A stretch of 64,000 bases of DNA from Candidatus Cloacimonadales bacterium (GTDB lineage Bacteria > Cloacimonadota > Cloacimonadia > Cloacimonadales > JAFGVF01), in the NCBI GenBank assembly GCA_963678315.1, contig OY782781.1, forward strand, positions 2,176,001 to 2,240,000. The letters run 5' to 3'. A program made the position numbers and the translations under genes. Positions 1 through 10,730 of this stretch are shown piece by piece. Position 1 is the stretch's first letter. Each line of letters starts with the position of its first letter. The notes below the pieces were generated by a model. The model ran no database searches. It was given only the letters and a program-made list of their open reading frames with translations, and was not told the DNA's origin.

Positions 1-196
1 TTCAATTTCATCCACAAATATTTCTTAGTTATACATCTTCTCATGCATAAGCCATAAACTCTTCACCCACTATTTCAACTATTTTTTTGATATTTTAACT
101 TATTCTGTGTTAACTCTTTGCAACTCGGTTTGCCTTCTGTTAAATTTCTGTTTTACATTGCATCATAAATATAAAATAATGATGTAAGGATTTTAA

Positions 197-622
197 ATGA
201 GAATAGATATACATACAGTTTTAAGAGTCTTAAACCTACCTGAAGATGAAAAGATAGCACAACTTTTAGAAGAACACTCTGAGAGTGCTGTAGGCTGGTT
301 TAGAAAAGTAGCTGAATCCTCAGTACTTGAATCTCTTACAGACTATAAGATGTCTTATTCTTTTTTCTTATTATCTCAAGTATTAGACTTTCTAAACCTT
401 AAAACTCTTGGTTCTGGTATTATTAAGACTACGGGTATTGATGCACAAGTAACTGAACTTCTTACTGGTAGTGAGATTAGAGCTTATAAAAAGGATTTAG
501 AGATTCGTTCTTTAGAGACTATTTATGATTATCTTACTCCTCTTGGTATTAAGCGTTTAGATGAACTTAAGTTTGGAAGCAAAGCAGTTAAACACCATAG
601 AACTAGGGCAACTGTAATATGA
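197..622 (+). CDS. Phage hypothetical protein (possible head-tail connector)
   Basis: 141-aa ORF with AAGGA RBS. First of four coupled ORFs ending in a portal gene; its 3' end is duplicated at ~16045-16160. Confidence 0.5.
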   Translation: MRIDIHTVLRVLNLPEDEKIAQLLEEHSESAVGWFRKVAESSVLESLTDYKMSYSFFLLSQVLDFLNLKTLGSGIIKTTGIDAQVTELLTGSEIRAYKKDLEIRSLETIYDYLTPLGIKRLDELKFGSKAVKHHRTRATVI

Positions 623-1083
623 GTGTAAATAGTGAAATATTAAAAGCTATTTATACTTCAATAGAGAGTAAACTACACCTCATAGGTAGTGTTATTGAGG
701 GCAAAGCTAGAAGACTTATACTAGAGAAAGGTATTAAAGATAAAGGTGATTTCTATCAAAACACAAGCTATGCTGTAAGCTTTAACAGCTCTTCTATTGA
801 CCTGGTTGTAGGATCTAATGTACCTCATGAGCAATATGTTCTAGGTGGTAAAGTTCCCTCCTGGACTCCAATCCAGCCACTTAAAGATTGGGTTGCTCGT
901 AAAGGCTTAGACTGGGTTGATAAGAAGACAGGTGAACAACTTACTATTGAGAACATTGCCTATATGATTAGAGGAAAGATAAAACGTGAGGGTGTGCCTG
1001 AACGTAATGTCTTTGCAGAGGTTATCCAAAACCAAGAGAAGTGGATTTTTAGTCAGTTAGATTCTATTGAGGTAATACTATGA
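619..1083 (+). CDS. Phage virion morphogenesis / HK97 gp10-like tail-completion protein
   Basis: VVGSNVPHEQYVLGG and KIKREGVPERNVF resemble gp10-like/neck proteins; ATGA overlap with both neighbours. Confidence 0.55.
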   Translation: MSVNSEILKAIYTSIESKLHLIGSVIEGKARRLILEKGIKDKGDFYQNTSYAVSFNSSSIDLVVGSNVPHEQYVLGGKVPSWTPIQPLKDWVARKGLDWVDKKTGEQLTIENIAYMIRGKIKREGVPERNVFAEVIQNQEKWIFSQLDSIEVIL

Positions 1084-1454
1084 CCTTTCAAGATAAACGA
1101 ATCGCTATTGTTAAAGCATTAATTGACACTGGTATTTCCTCTCGTAACATCGCTTTTTCTAAAGACACTATTCCTAGTTCTTTTCCATCTGCTATTGTAG
1201 TATTAGAAGGAGAAAAAGGCTGTAATAAATCTTCTAAGCGATACTTAGCATTTGAATATGACATCCAAGTATTTCTAATTACTGATGTTAACAATTCAGA
1301 TGATCCAGATATAGATATATTAAAACTATCAGATAGATTTAAATCTAATTACAGAACAGCTGTTGGGAGTGATATACCTAAGATTGAATTCTACCCAGCA
1401 AGAGCTGATGCAGGGCGTAAAGTACGCATAGCCAAGGTTTATACGGTGATTTAG
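1080..1454 (+). CDS. Phage protein, possible tail terminator
   Basis: 124 aa; follows the gp10-like gene; FPSAIVV..YDIQVFLI pattern typical of tail-terminator-like folds (inference). Confidence 0.45.
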   Translation: MTFQDKRIAIVKALIDTGISSRNIAFSKDTIPSSFPSAIVVLEGEKGCNKSSKRYLAFEYDIQVFLITDVNNSDDPDIDILKLSDRFKSNYRTAVGSDIPKIEFYPARADAGRKVRIAKVYTVI

Positions 1455-2165
1455 ATGAGAGTTCAAAAGATTGGTGGATTCAATATTGGGATAGTTAGCA
1501 GTGAAGATTTGCTTAATAAGAACTACTCGCCTGAGCCTGTTAACTTAAATTCTTATAAGTGGGAAGGTAGTAAAAGGCTATCGAAATCTTATGAGAAAAA
1601 GAGAATGATAACAGCTCCCTACTCTATGGGTAACTTGCTTAAACTCATTGAAAAAGATGAGTACCATTCAGGTTGTATTGCTTCTAAGGTAAACACCTGT
1701 CTGATGCAGATAGAAGTTAAGAATAGTAGTTTAAAGAGTTGGTTTAGTGATGCTCAATATCCAGGTAATGATGACATACTTTTAACTCTTGGAGAACTGC
1801 TTAAATACTATCTAGCATGTGGTAATGGCTTTATCATCAAGATGAGAAGTGCTTCAGGAGATTGGGTTGGCTTAGAAAGACTACTACCAACAGAAGTACA
1901 ACTAATAGAAAACTATGATGAGTTTGGATTCTTCAAGCCTGATTTCCTTCATGTTAAAAATGGAACGAAGAGATTCTTTCCTGGAGATGATGTAATTCAC
2001 TTTAAGAACCCAACTCATAGATCAAATGCTTGGGGTGTCTCTTGCCTACCTGTGGCTGTTAATATTGAGATTCTAGAACAGATTAAAAGTGTGTGTTTAA
2101 AACTTATCATTTTGTTGAATCTCTTTAGCAATGCCTTTTTTTTTCAATTCATCATAACTACCTAA
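1455..2165 (+). pseudogene. Phage portal protein, 3'-truncated (portal-like sequence ends ~2088)
   Basis: YLACGNGFIIKMR, LERLLPTEV and DVIHFKNPTHRSNAWGVS are portal motifs. Only ~210 aa remain; the last ~25 codons are antisense read-through into the convergent sigma gene. Confidence 0.75.
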
Positions 2166-3056
2166 TCTTTCGTTATAGGAACCGTTGAAGCTATCTAAGT
2201 CTTTTTGCTTAATTTCTGTCTTTAGTTTGCTTTTATCAATTTGTACAACTCCTTGAGGCCAGATAGGAAATTCGACTACTTGTATATTGTTTGAACTTGT
2301 TATAATGAATTCTATAAAAAAAAAGCTGTGCTTATTACCTTGATTAATAAAAACAACTAAAAGACAATAGCTTTGTTCATCAATATACTGTAATTTACAT
2401 GACTTCATTTCTTTAAATTTAATCTTTGAGAAGTCATTAATTTTAGCATTTTTTAAATATCGTTTCATAGAAGATAAATCATTATTATTAAGTGAGTTCT
2501 TTAGTTTATGTATGAAGTTATTAATCTTAAGTGTAAGGTTAGTATAGGGTAATAACTTAAAAAATAGGGTCTTATTATCAATCAGATGATAAAGCTCAAT
2601 TTCATTAGTATACTTATATATTATTTCTCTGACTTTACTCTCTTTAAGTTTAAATCTCTGGGCAATTTTAGCTTTTGATTCTTTCTCTATATAGAAATAC
2701 TCTAATATTCTTCTTTCTCTATCTTTATGTGCAAGAAAAAGATATTTACTAAAATCAATCTCAAAATCTATAATTTCACTACTATTTTCTTGATTTTTAT
2801 TTGAAAAAAAATCAAGTTTATCTTCTTCTACATGAACGGCTAATAATCTTTTTTGCTTAGTAAAATAATCATTACATAAGTTAGTAACTACCTTTCTAAT
2901 CCATCCTTTAGGATTAGCAATCTCTATTACTCTTGAAATCTTTACAAGCTTAACCAGACAATCACTTGCAAAATCCTCAGCTAATTCATAATCATTAACT
3001 ATTTTATAAGCAGTTACCTTTGCAGATTCAAAATACTCTTTAAAACTATTAACCAT
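2097..3056 (-). CDS. ECF-type sigma-70 factor with a long C-terminal extension
   Basis: Region 2-like AEDFASDCLVK…PKGWIRKVVTNLCNDYF; region 4 HTH-like RERRILEYFYIEKESKAKIAQRFKLKESKVREIIYK; GAGG RBS. Confidence 0.75.
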   Translation of the reverse strand: MVNSFKEYFESAKVTAYKIVNDYELAEDFASDCLVKLVKISRVIEIANPKGWIRKVVTNLCNDYFTKQKRLLAVHVEEDKLDFFSNKNQENSSEIIDFEIDFSKYLFLAHKDRERRILEYFYIEKESKAKIAQRFKLKESKVREIIYKYTNEIELYHLIDNKTLFFKLLPYTNLTLKINNFIHKLKNSLNNNDLSSMKRYLKNAKINDFSKIKFKEMKSCKLQYIDEQSYCLLVVFINQGNKHSFFFIEFIITSSNNIQVVEFPIWPQGVVQIDKSKLKTEIKQKDLDSFNGSYNERLGSYDELKKKGIAKEIQQNDKF

Positions 3057-3148
3057 CGCTAGCCTCTCGTAAAATTTTATGTATCAATCAAATAGAGCAA
3101 ACTAATAAAAATATTGTTTTTTTTAGAGTCTATGTAACAGGAGGAGAT

Positions 3149-3346
3149 ATGAAAAAAATAATCTCATTACTGTTAGTGTTAAGTTTTGTCGTGTTGGTAT
3201 TTGCCAGTCAAGTTAATTATGAACTATATCCAGAAATTACATGGATAGAGGTCGGATCTCAAAATTACGAAGTTATTTATGATGACCCAAATGATGATTA
3301 TATTGCTATAGTTATTAATGGAGAAATATTTATAGTTAAAAAGTAA
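3149..3346 (+). CDS. Small secreted protein (65 aa)
   Basis: AGGAGGAG RBS and signal peptide MKKIISLLLVLSFVVLVFA; divergent from the sigma factor. Confidence 0.7.
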   Translation: MKKIISLLLVLSFVVLVFASQVNYELYPEITWIEVGSQNYEVIYDDPNDDYIAIVINGEIFIVKK

Positions 3347-3598
3347 ATGTTGCAGTTATAGTAATCCTTGTATATTAAGGATTTAGTTAGTTACAACAAA
3401 ACTAGGAGCTAAACAAAAAACAAAAAAAGGAGTAATAAAAAAATGCACAAAAGGAATATTTTAATATTGTTTAGTAGTCTGTTTTATCTTCTATCATAGG
3501 GCATTGTTATCAATTAGATGGTATAATGCAATAATAACTTTACAAATTTAGAAGATCTTAAATTACTTTAATAAATAATGAAGAATAAGGAGTATAGT

Positions 3599-4333
3599 AT
3601 GAAATTAAGATTAATATTATTGATGTTATTTTATGTTTTAGGTACTAATCTATTTTGCGATAATAATGAATCAATACTCAAAAGTGGTAACAAAAAAAAA
3701 CAGATTGCAGGTTATATTCAATTATTGTCTCAAATACGGTTTGGTAATGACCTAAAACTTGGAGATCGAGTAGTTTATTGTTATAAAGCAGAAGGTAATA
3801 ATGATAGTGTTCACTCTTTAGAAATAATGTCAAAAGATGATAACAACATGGTTATATTGGAAGAGTTTGATGGCAATAGCGTCTATGTTAGAATGAACAG
3901 CAACACTAAAGAGGTCTTAGCTATTTGGGGAACTGATGAATTTGGTCAAGATCAAGTTTTAAATGTTTTATCAAAAAATGAGTTAACCATCTTCGAAGAT
4001 GAAATTAGTGAAATGTTTAATGTTGCTGATTCCATTTTGCAAATTAATGAAAGTTTTTATTTTGATGCTAACACTGAAATCAAACAAGTCGATCAAAACT
4101 CTAGAGTAAATACAATTGATGTAAAAATGGATATTACCAAAACAAAGATTCCTGAAGAGATATCCCAAGAAGTAATAAAGGAAAACAGGTTAGTTTTATC
4201 AAGTGATGTTCCTAAAATGCTACCTTTAATCCCTGTTGCTCTAAGTAATTATAACAAAAGGGGTCTTCTCAAACAATACGATTATGGATTTGTTGAGAAT
4301 AACATATTGGAATTGAGGAGCTATCGAAAATGA
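3599..4333 (+). CDS. Secreted hypothetical protein
   Basis: AAGGAG RBS precedes ATG 3599 (ORF track starts at 3578); signal peptide MKLRLILLMLFYVLGTNLFC. Confidence 0.65.
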   Translation: MKLRLILLMLFYVLGTNLFCDNNESILKSGNKKKQIAGYIQLLSQIRFGNDLKLGDRVVYCYKAEGNNDSVHSLEIMSKDDNNMVILEEFDGNSVYVRMNSNTKEVLAIWGTDEFGQDQVLNVLSKNELTIFEDEISEMFNVADSILQINESFYFDANTEIKQVDQNSRVNTIDVKMDITKTKIPEEISQEVIKENRLVLSSDVPKMLPLIPVALSNYNKRGLLKQYDYGFVENNILELRSYRK

Positions 4334-5412
4334 AAAGCTTTAAAATTATAATAATCGCCTTGTTTATTATTATCATTATATTACTTGCTGGATGTGATTT
4401 TAAATTATATAATGACCCCGAAGTTGATGAGGGTGCTTGGAGAGAGGATTTCATTGCTATAATGAACATTGATGGTTCTGATGTTGAACTTATACAATCA
4501 CAACATCAGAATTACTTTGCAGGTGCAAGAAGACCTTATTTTGTGAAAGACTTAGCTGGAAACAGTGAAGAAGAGGTTATTCTCTTAGACTTTCAAGATA
4601 AAATAGATATCATGTCGCTTGATGGAGAAAATAGAAGAACTATTATTGATTCATTGGGTGGTGTACAATATTTTAATCAAGATAGAACAAAAATGATTCT
4701 TCTTCATAATGGTAAGGTTTATCTATCAAGTGTAGATGGATCTAAAGTTGAAAAAATTTCACTTAGTTCTATTACTCGTGGTTATAATCCATCATTTGCT
4801 AAAGATGAAGAGACAATTTTATACAATTATATTGTGAGAAATGATACAACTACTACTGAGTTAGGTTTAGTTGAATATAATATTTATACAAACAACTCTC
4901 AAGTTATTTTGAACACAGTAGTACAAGAAGATCTTCTATTTAATCCAGCATATCAATATCCGAGTAGAATCAATGAAAATGTAATTGTTTATCGGTACGA
5001 TTATAACAAGTTTGAAAATGAGGAAGTGATCAGTAGTCATGATTTTAGAGAACATGACTTGGTGACAAATGAAATAGATATTTTGATTGAGGGGTATATA
5101 AATCTCAAGTACTCAAATTTGAATGAGTTTGTAACATTTGAGCGTGGAAATGATAGGAATATATATTTGTTAAACATAGAGACACAATCAACTATATCTT
5201 TTGAAACAAGTCTTTATGATATTGAAGATGCAAGTTTCAGCTCTGATGATCGTTATCTGATGCTAAATGAAACTATCTATGATACACATTTAGATTCTAC
5301 TTTTATTTTAGAAGACAGTGACTTTTTTGGTAAATATCATAATATTTCTAAAACTAGCATGAATTCAGATAACACAAAAATTGTGGGAATTGTAGGTTTC
5401 TTACATTACTAA
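4330..5412 (+). CDS. Lipoprotein with TolB-like beta-propeller
   Basis: Lipobox LLAGC; IMNIDGSD, LSSVDGS, NPSFAKD and ASFSSDD propeller-type motifs. Confidence 0.7.
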   Translation: MKSFKIIIIALFIIIIILLAGCDFKLYNDPEVDEGAWREDFIAIMNIDGSDVELIQSQHQNYFAGARRPYFVKDLAGNSEEEVILLDFQDKIDIMSLDGENRRTIIDSLGGVQYFNQDRTKMILLHNGKVYLSSVDGSKVEKISLSSITRGYNPSFAKDEETILYNYIVRNDTTTTELGLVEYNIYTNNSQVILNTVVQEDLLFNPAYQYPSRINENVIVYRYDYNKFENEEVISSHDFREHDLVTNEIDILIEGYINLKYSNLNEFVTFERGNDRNIYLLNIETQSTISFETSLYDIEDASFSSDDRYLMLNETIYDTHLDSTFILEDSDFFGKYHNISKTSMNSDNTKIVGIVGFLHY

Positions 5413-5425
5413 ACAGGAGGGGAAA

Positions 5426-8400
5426 ATGAAAAATAAGATTTTAATTATAATAATAATACTAACATTTATATATAATATTGCAGCTTTTACTACTGAATAT
5501 CCAGTAGTTGATCCTTTAAGTGCAGAATGGCAAGAAGCAGGATTGGATGGGGATGTACCTGTTCATCAAGAAGATGTTACTATATCTATATCAGAAATAG
5601 AAAATTTCGATTTGAGTGGTATATTAAATGTAGGGCAGGCAGACGAGATATACCCTTCTCCAACTAACATTGTTAGACTGTTGTTACCTCCAGGAGAATT
5701 CAATCTTACGCAACCAATTGAACTTCAATCTTACATAATTCTAAAAGGTAATCATCAATTTAGGAGAGATGAGGATAGAGCCCAAAGAACTACTTTAAAT
5801 TTTAATCTTGGGGATAATAAAAATTGCATTAATGTTGGTAGTAATACAGAAACTATGGAGAAAGTTGGTATTGAAGATTTATGGATTGTTAGGCAAGACA
5901 ATAGTGACTCTGCAAATACTAATACTGGTAATAATATACATTTTTCACATACTAATAATTGTTGGGTAATAGGTGTTGAAAGCACAACTCCCGTTACAAG
6001 TCACATAAGAATGATAGAATCAAATCATAATTATGTCGCCGGATGTTACTTTGATAATGCTCATAGACATGGAGATGGAGGACAAGGTTACGGAGCTTTT
6101 ATCGAGTATAATAGTCACCATATTCTTGTCGAAAACAATATCTTTAGAAGACTACGACATTCTATGGTAGTTCAGAATGGTGCACATCACAATGTTTTTG
6201 GATATAATACTGTAAAAAAATCCGAAAATACTTCAATTGAAGATTGGGGTCCAGATGGAGTAGCACCATGGATGGAGAACTTTGCTAAATGGATTATGAG
6301 CAGTATTGTACCTGGAGACTATACCGGTGATTTGATATGCCACGGAGAATCTTCTCAACATTATGGAGGACCTTATGAGGGACCTTATGAAAACTTATTT
6401 GAAGGTAATGTCTGTAATTCAATACAAATAGATTCATTCTGGGGCCAGAACAAAAAACATAACACTTTTTTTAGAAACAAATCCAGTAAATATGGTATTG
6501 CTATTTATCCAAAATTGAAGGGATCTTTTGATATACAAGATGAATCAGAAAAACAAACAGAGCAGATAACTATTAACAATTATTGTAAATCGAGACAACA
6601 TTGGACAGACGCTGGACCTCTGTATATGGCAGGAGGAGGGGCTACTGCTCTAGGGGCTACACTTTTATCTTTCATTCCAGAGGTTGGTCCCATCTTAGCG
6701 TTTGATTTCATTCTTTATGGCCTTAAAACAACAATAGATTATGCAAATTTTGGATATAAGTTAACTAATGGAAGGGGATTTGATGTAAAGCCTATTGAAA
6801 AAAATAATATAGTTAAAAGAATGAATTTTTGGGGTAACTATTATACAAGAACATGGACAGATGATGATTATGGTTCAGATTCTAAAGCTTGGGATGATGA
6901 ATCATATTATCGAACAGATATACCTGACTTTTGGGCTACAAGTTTAGAAAGTAGTTGGCCTTATCATCCTAAAAATTCCGATTCAATACCTTCAGAATTT
7001 AGATACAATGCCTTTGATAAAAAGACAGTATCAAGATATGATGATCCGAGCTATCTTCAAACATATTATATTACTGAAGATACTGAAATCCCATATGATT
7101 TGGTTGATGACTTAAGTTCACAAACTGGCAATCTTCATGTCCCAGAGAATACATTGTTAATAATAGACTCGAGCTCTTCAACTGATGGAATAACTCTAAG
7201 TTTTGAACGAAATAGTTTAATGGGAATAAGTGGGGCTGTTATGGTTAGAGGAACAAGTGATAAGCCTGTTACTTTTACTAATCTTCAACCAACTACTAAT
7301 GATAATGATAGATGGTATGGAATATATATAGGAAAAGAAGCTAGAGCAACATTTGATGATTCTTCATTTGAATGGGCAGTTTTTGAAAATGCAAAAGGTT
7401 CTAGCGGTTCCTCTGGTGGAGCTTTTAATTTTGATAATAATTTTTCAAATTTAGACTACACTGTAACTTTCGATAATTGTATCTTTAGGAATAATTTATC
7501 TCCAAGTGTTCCTGAATCAACAAATATTAATAATGGTGATGGTGGTGCTATCTTTATTAAAAACCGTAATGACGATGATATGATACATACTGTCTTTAAT
7601 AATTGTAGTTTCCTTAATAATAATTCAGCATTTGATGGTGGTGCTATATACGCTGACGGTGCTCCTCCAATAATTATGAATTGCTATTTTGAAGACAATC
7701 AAGCTAGAAGAGGTGGTGCTATATCTATCCTTGGGAATGATGATAACAGGGACATTGTAATAGCTGGATCTGTTTTTAATAACAACAGTGCTAATGATAA
7801 CTATGGTGCTGTATATATAGAACAGAGCAAAACCCATGATTCTTCAAGTTATAATACTTTCATCCAAAATAATACATTTGTAAATAATACTGCACTTTCG
7901 GGTTTTGGTGGCGGAATATCAATGAAAAATGTAAGCAAATCTGTTTATTTTATTAACAATATCTTTAGAGATAATTATGCTACTAATAGTTCTGCAGTCT
8001 ATGGTGTTGGACATTCAATATTATATTTATTACATGATAATTTAGTTAATAATCATGAGGTAGTTTTTGAATCAAATTCGATAGAAGGGTTTAATTTAAT
8101 AGATAATCCTTCTAATGACTATATCTCATATGCAAGTTATAATGATAATTATGTATATTCTTCTATGAATCTAAACTACACTGCCAACAATAATATTTAC
8201 AGTAATCCTTTAATATACGATAATATTAAAATTGATACTTTTTCACCATGCTTTAATAGTGGTTTCTTACCTTCTGAGAATGAAGATGCAACTGTTTTTT
8301 GTTCATTACCACATGATATTGCTGGAATGAATAGAATAGCTGGAGGATCAATTGATATCGGAGCTTTTGAGTTTAATGAAGTTTATATTGATATAGATAC

Positions 8401-9877
8401 TGAGGAGATAGTATTGGGTAATATAAATCCTGATTCTCCTAGAGAATTTAAATTCAGAATTATAAACACAAGTGATAACACAACGATATCAAATATTACT
8501 ATTGATGTATCTGAAGATTTAGGTGATGTACTAGTATTTGACAATCATCTAAATGAGCTTACTCCAAACTCCAGTATGACTATCATTGGTAATTTTTATC
8601 CTACTAGCATGTATAAAACTTATAATGGATTTATCAGTATTAAATCAGATAATATCATGAATACCGATATCTCAATTCCATTCAATGCTAATACTCATAT
8701 ACATTCTGCTTGGAACTGGGTTTCTTTCCCAACCGTAAGTGGAAGTATGAATAATAATCAACTGTTTGAGACAATTGATCCATATGGGATTAGTATTATG
8801 TATAAAAATGATTATGCAACATTAGATAGTAATGGATGGAGTGTAAATGGGCTTGATACAATCTATAGTTCAGCTTTCTACAAAATTAATATGGTAGATT
8901 ATTCAAAGCAATATGATATTCCATATAATATGGAAAACACACAGACTTCAATTAATTTATATCCAGGTGTAGATAACTGGGTAGGGTATTGGTTGGATGA
9001 AAGTAAGAACATGAAAGATGCATTTGGAGATAATTTTGATAAAGTAACATCTATGAAATCTGAGAAATGGAGTTATGCTCCAATTCCTATCAATCCCAGA
9101 AAAGATCTCAATATTACTACACCACCTAGTTGGATAACTCACACATTGCACAAGGGGAGAGGTTATATTGTAAGAGTAAATGAAACTATACAAGGGTTTA
9201 GTTGGGAAAATTCAGGAACACAATACTTAATGAAGGGGGCAACACCTAAATTAGAACATTATAATTTCAAGACTACAGATGATTATATGGTGATGGACAT
9301 AATCAATATTGATGATAATATAACAGAAATTGGTGCATTCCAAGAAGATGTTTGTGTTGGGGCTACTGCTGTTGCTGATAATCAAGCACAACTATTATTA
9401 TACCCAAGTGCCGCTAAGAGTAATAATCTAGACTTGAGAATCGAGTATATAAGTGAGAATAAGAGTAATACAGTTGATAATATTTATGTATATGACTTTA
9501 AGAGAAATGATTTTGATGCTTCATATAACTTAACCCTCGAAAAATCATATTACTTGGTCTCTTTTAATGACCCATATTCTGATAATAATGTAACTACTCC
9601 AAAATTAAGGTTATATGGTAATTATCCAAACCCATTTAACCCTGAGACAAATATAACATTTGATATACAATGTGATTCAAAGGTAAAACTTGAGATCTAT
9701 AATATCAAAGGTCAGAAGGTAAAAACACTTATTGATAGTAGATTGTCTGCTGGTAATCACAGTGCAATTTGGAATGGGACAAACTCAAGTAACAAGTCTG
9801 TGGCTTCTGGTGTTTACTTCTACAAACTTAAATCGGATGGTAAGGAGTTAACCAAGAAGATGATTCTTCTAAAATAG
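5426..9877 (+). CDS. Large secreted right-handed beta-helix protein (pectate-lyase-like and Pmp-like GGAI repeats) with FlgD-Ig C-terminal domain
   Basis: Signal peptide; LLPPGEF, ENNIFRRLRHS, FLNNNSAFDGGAIY and IDIGAFE motifs; C-terminal NYPNPFNPETNI…ASGVYFYKL…KKMILLK. Confidence 0.8.
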   Translation: MKNKILIIIIILTFIYNIAAFTTEYPVVDPLSAEWQEAGLDGDVPVHQEDVTISISEIENFDLSGILNVGQADEIYPSPTNIVRLLLPPGEFNLTQPIELQSYIILKGNHQFRRDEDRAQRTTLNFNLGDNKNCINVGSNTETMEKVGIEDLWIVRQDNSDSANTNTGNNIHFSHTNNCWVIGVESTTPVTSHIRMIESNHNYVAGCYFDNAHRHGDGGQGYGAFIEYNSHHILVENNIFRRLRHSMVVQNGAHHNVFGYNTVKKSENTSIEDWGPDGVAPWMENFAKWIMSSIVPGDYTGDLICHGESSQHYGGPYEGPYENLFEGNVCNSIQIDSFWGQNKKHNTFFRNKSSKYGIAIYPKLKGSFDIQDESEKQTEQITINNYCKSRQHWTDAGPLYMAGGGATALGATLLSFIPEVGPILAFDFILYGLKTTIDYANFGYKLTNGRGFDVKPIEKNNIVKRMNFWGNYYTRTWTDDDYGSDSKAWDDESYYRTDIPDFWATSLESSWPYHPKNSDSIPSEFRYNAFDKKTVSRYDDPSYLQTYYITEDTEIPYDLVDDLSSQTGNLHVPENTLLIIDSSSSTDGITLSFERNSLMGISGAVMVRGTSDKPVTFTNLQPTTNDNDRWYGIYIGKEARATFDDSSFEWAVFENAKGSSGSSGGAFNFDNNFSNLDYTVTFDNCIFRNNLSPSVPESTNINNGDGGAIFIKNRNDDDMIHTVFNNCSFLNNNSAFDGGAIYADGAPPIIMNCYFEDNQARRGGAISILGNDDNRDIVIAGSVFNNNSANDNYGAVYIEQSKTHDSSSYNTFIQNNTFVNNTALSGFGGGISMKNVSKSVYFINNIFRDNYATNSSAVYGVGHSILYLLHDNLVNNHEVVFESNSIEGFNLIDNPSNDYISYASYNDNYVYSSMNLNYTANNNIYSNPLIYDNIKIDTFSPCFNSGFLPSENEDATVFCSLPHDIAGMNRIAGGSIDIGAFEFNEVYIDIDTEEIVLGNINPDSPREFKFRIINTSDNTTISNITIDVSEDLGDVLVFDNHLNELTPNSSMTIIGNFYPTSMYKTYNGFISIKSDNIMNTDISIPFNANTHIHSAWNWVSFPTVSGSMNNNQLFETIDPYGISIMYKNDYATLDSNGWSVNGLDTIYSSAFYKINMVDYSKQYDIPYNMENTQTSINLYPGVDNWVGYWLDESKNMKDAFGDNFDKVTSMKSEKWSYAPIPINPRKDLNITTPPSWITHTLHKGRGYIVRVNETIQGFSWENSGTQYLMKGATPKLEHYNFKTTDDYMVMDIINIDDNITEIGAFQEDVCVGATAVADNQAQLLLYPSAAKSNNLDLRIEYISENKSNTVDNIYVYDFKRNDFDASYNLTLEKSYYLVSFNDPYSDNNVTTPKLRLYGNYPNPFNPETNITFDIQCDSKVKLEIYNIKGQKVKTLIDSRLSAGNHSAIWNGTNSSNKSVASGVYFYKLKSDGKELTKKMILLK

Positions 9878-9954
9878 TGTCATATGATCTCATGAGCTAT
9901 AGAGTCCTGTTATAAAGGGTTTTATAAGGAATGATCAAAATGATAAAGATACTT

Positions 9955-9985
9955 AAAGGCACAGCATTAGTTGTGCCTTTTATAT
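9955..9985 (+). terminator. Rho-independent terminator of cargo operon 1
   Basis: AAAGGCACAGC-ATTA-GTTGTGCCTTT followed by a T-rich tail. Confidence 0.7.
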
Positions 9986-10249
9986 TATAATACTATATTG
10001 GTGATTGTCCCATATCTATTTTTTCTTCAACAGCGATGTATTATCCTTGGAGTTTTATTGGCTCTTGTTTAAGCCTACGAGAAGCATACTGTCTCTAATG
10101 ATGATCAATAAAGCATTTATTGAACTTATTAATTATAAACAATAACTTTAATTACTTATATTACAGGGCTATAATACTTTAACTATTCATATAAAAACTG
10201 TTCCTACACTTAAGTTGAAGTTGAACTTGAACCGTTTTATTTGTTGAAA

Positions 10250-10730
10250 TGTCATTCCCTATAACATTCATCCTAAAGGATTTTACAACTCTGGTGGTGA
10301 AACTACAGAGTAGTTAAAAGTATTAAAAGCTACTCTTATGCTCCATAATTTAACTATCATTTCAGTGTCTGAAGGAACTATCAAATTAGTCAATAAAGCA
10401 GACTCTAACACAAATCTAATTGTGGTTGAAAAGGCTGATGTGATAGAGTTTAAACGTAAAAGAATAAATCGTACAGTACCTGATACTTCCATCCTAGATT
10501 GTTTAATTGGTGATTTGAAACTCTTGAAAAACATTTTATCAGATTCTTACATTGAACTTTTAAGTCAGATTTGGGAGCTAACATCCACTATCGACAATCT
10601 TGAGAAGTACACTATCTCACTGTTTGATAGAATACAAATTGAAGATAAACAATACAAGGTTACTGAGATTCAACGAGATACAAAAGAAAATGAATACAAA
10701 TTAAAAGCATGGGAGTTACCTAATGTTTAA
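10250..10730 (+). pseudogene. 3' remnant of a phage tail gene
   Basis: ORF 10338-10730 has no RBS. The frame continues upstream (PYNIHPKGFYNSGGETTE*LKVLKATLM) across a TAG at 10311. C-terminus DRIQIEDKQYKVTEIQRD…YKLKAW resembles tail proteins. Confidence 0.55.

Noticed and set aside
3443..3499. RBS followed by MHKRNILILFSSLFYLLS*
   Set aside because: Only 18 codons; possibly a decayed signal-peptide gene start, but too short to support.
10311..10313. In-frame TAG as evidence of phage stop-codon reassignment
   Set aside because: Neighbouring phage genes (ending 1454, 11172, 12406 and 13636) use TAG as normal stops followed by a new gene start or terminator, so a nonsense mutation is the simpler explanation.
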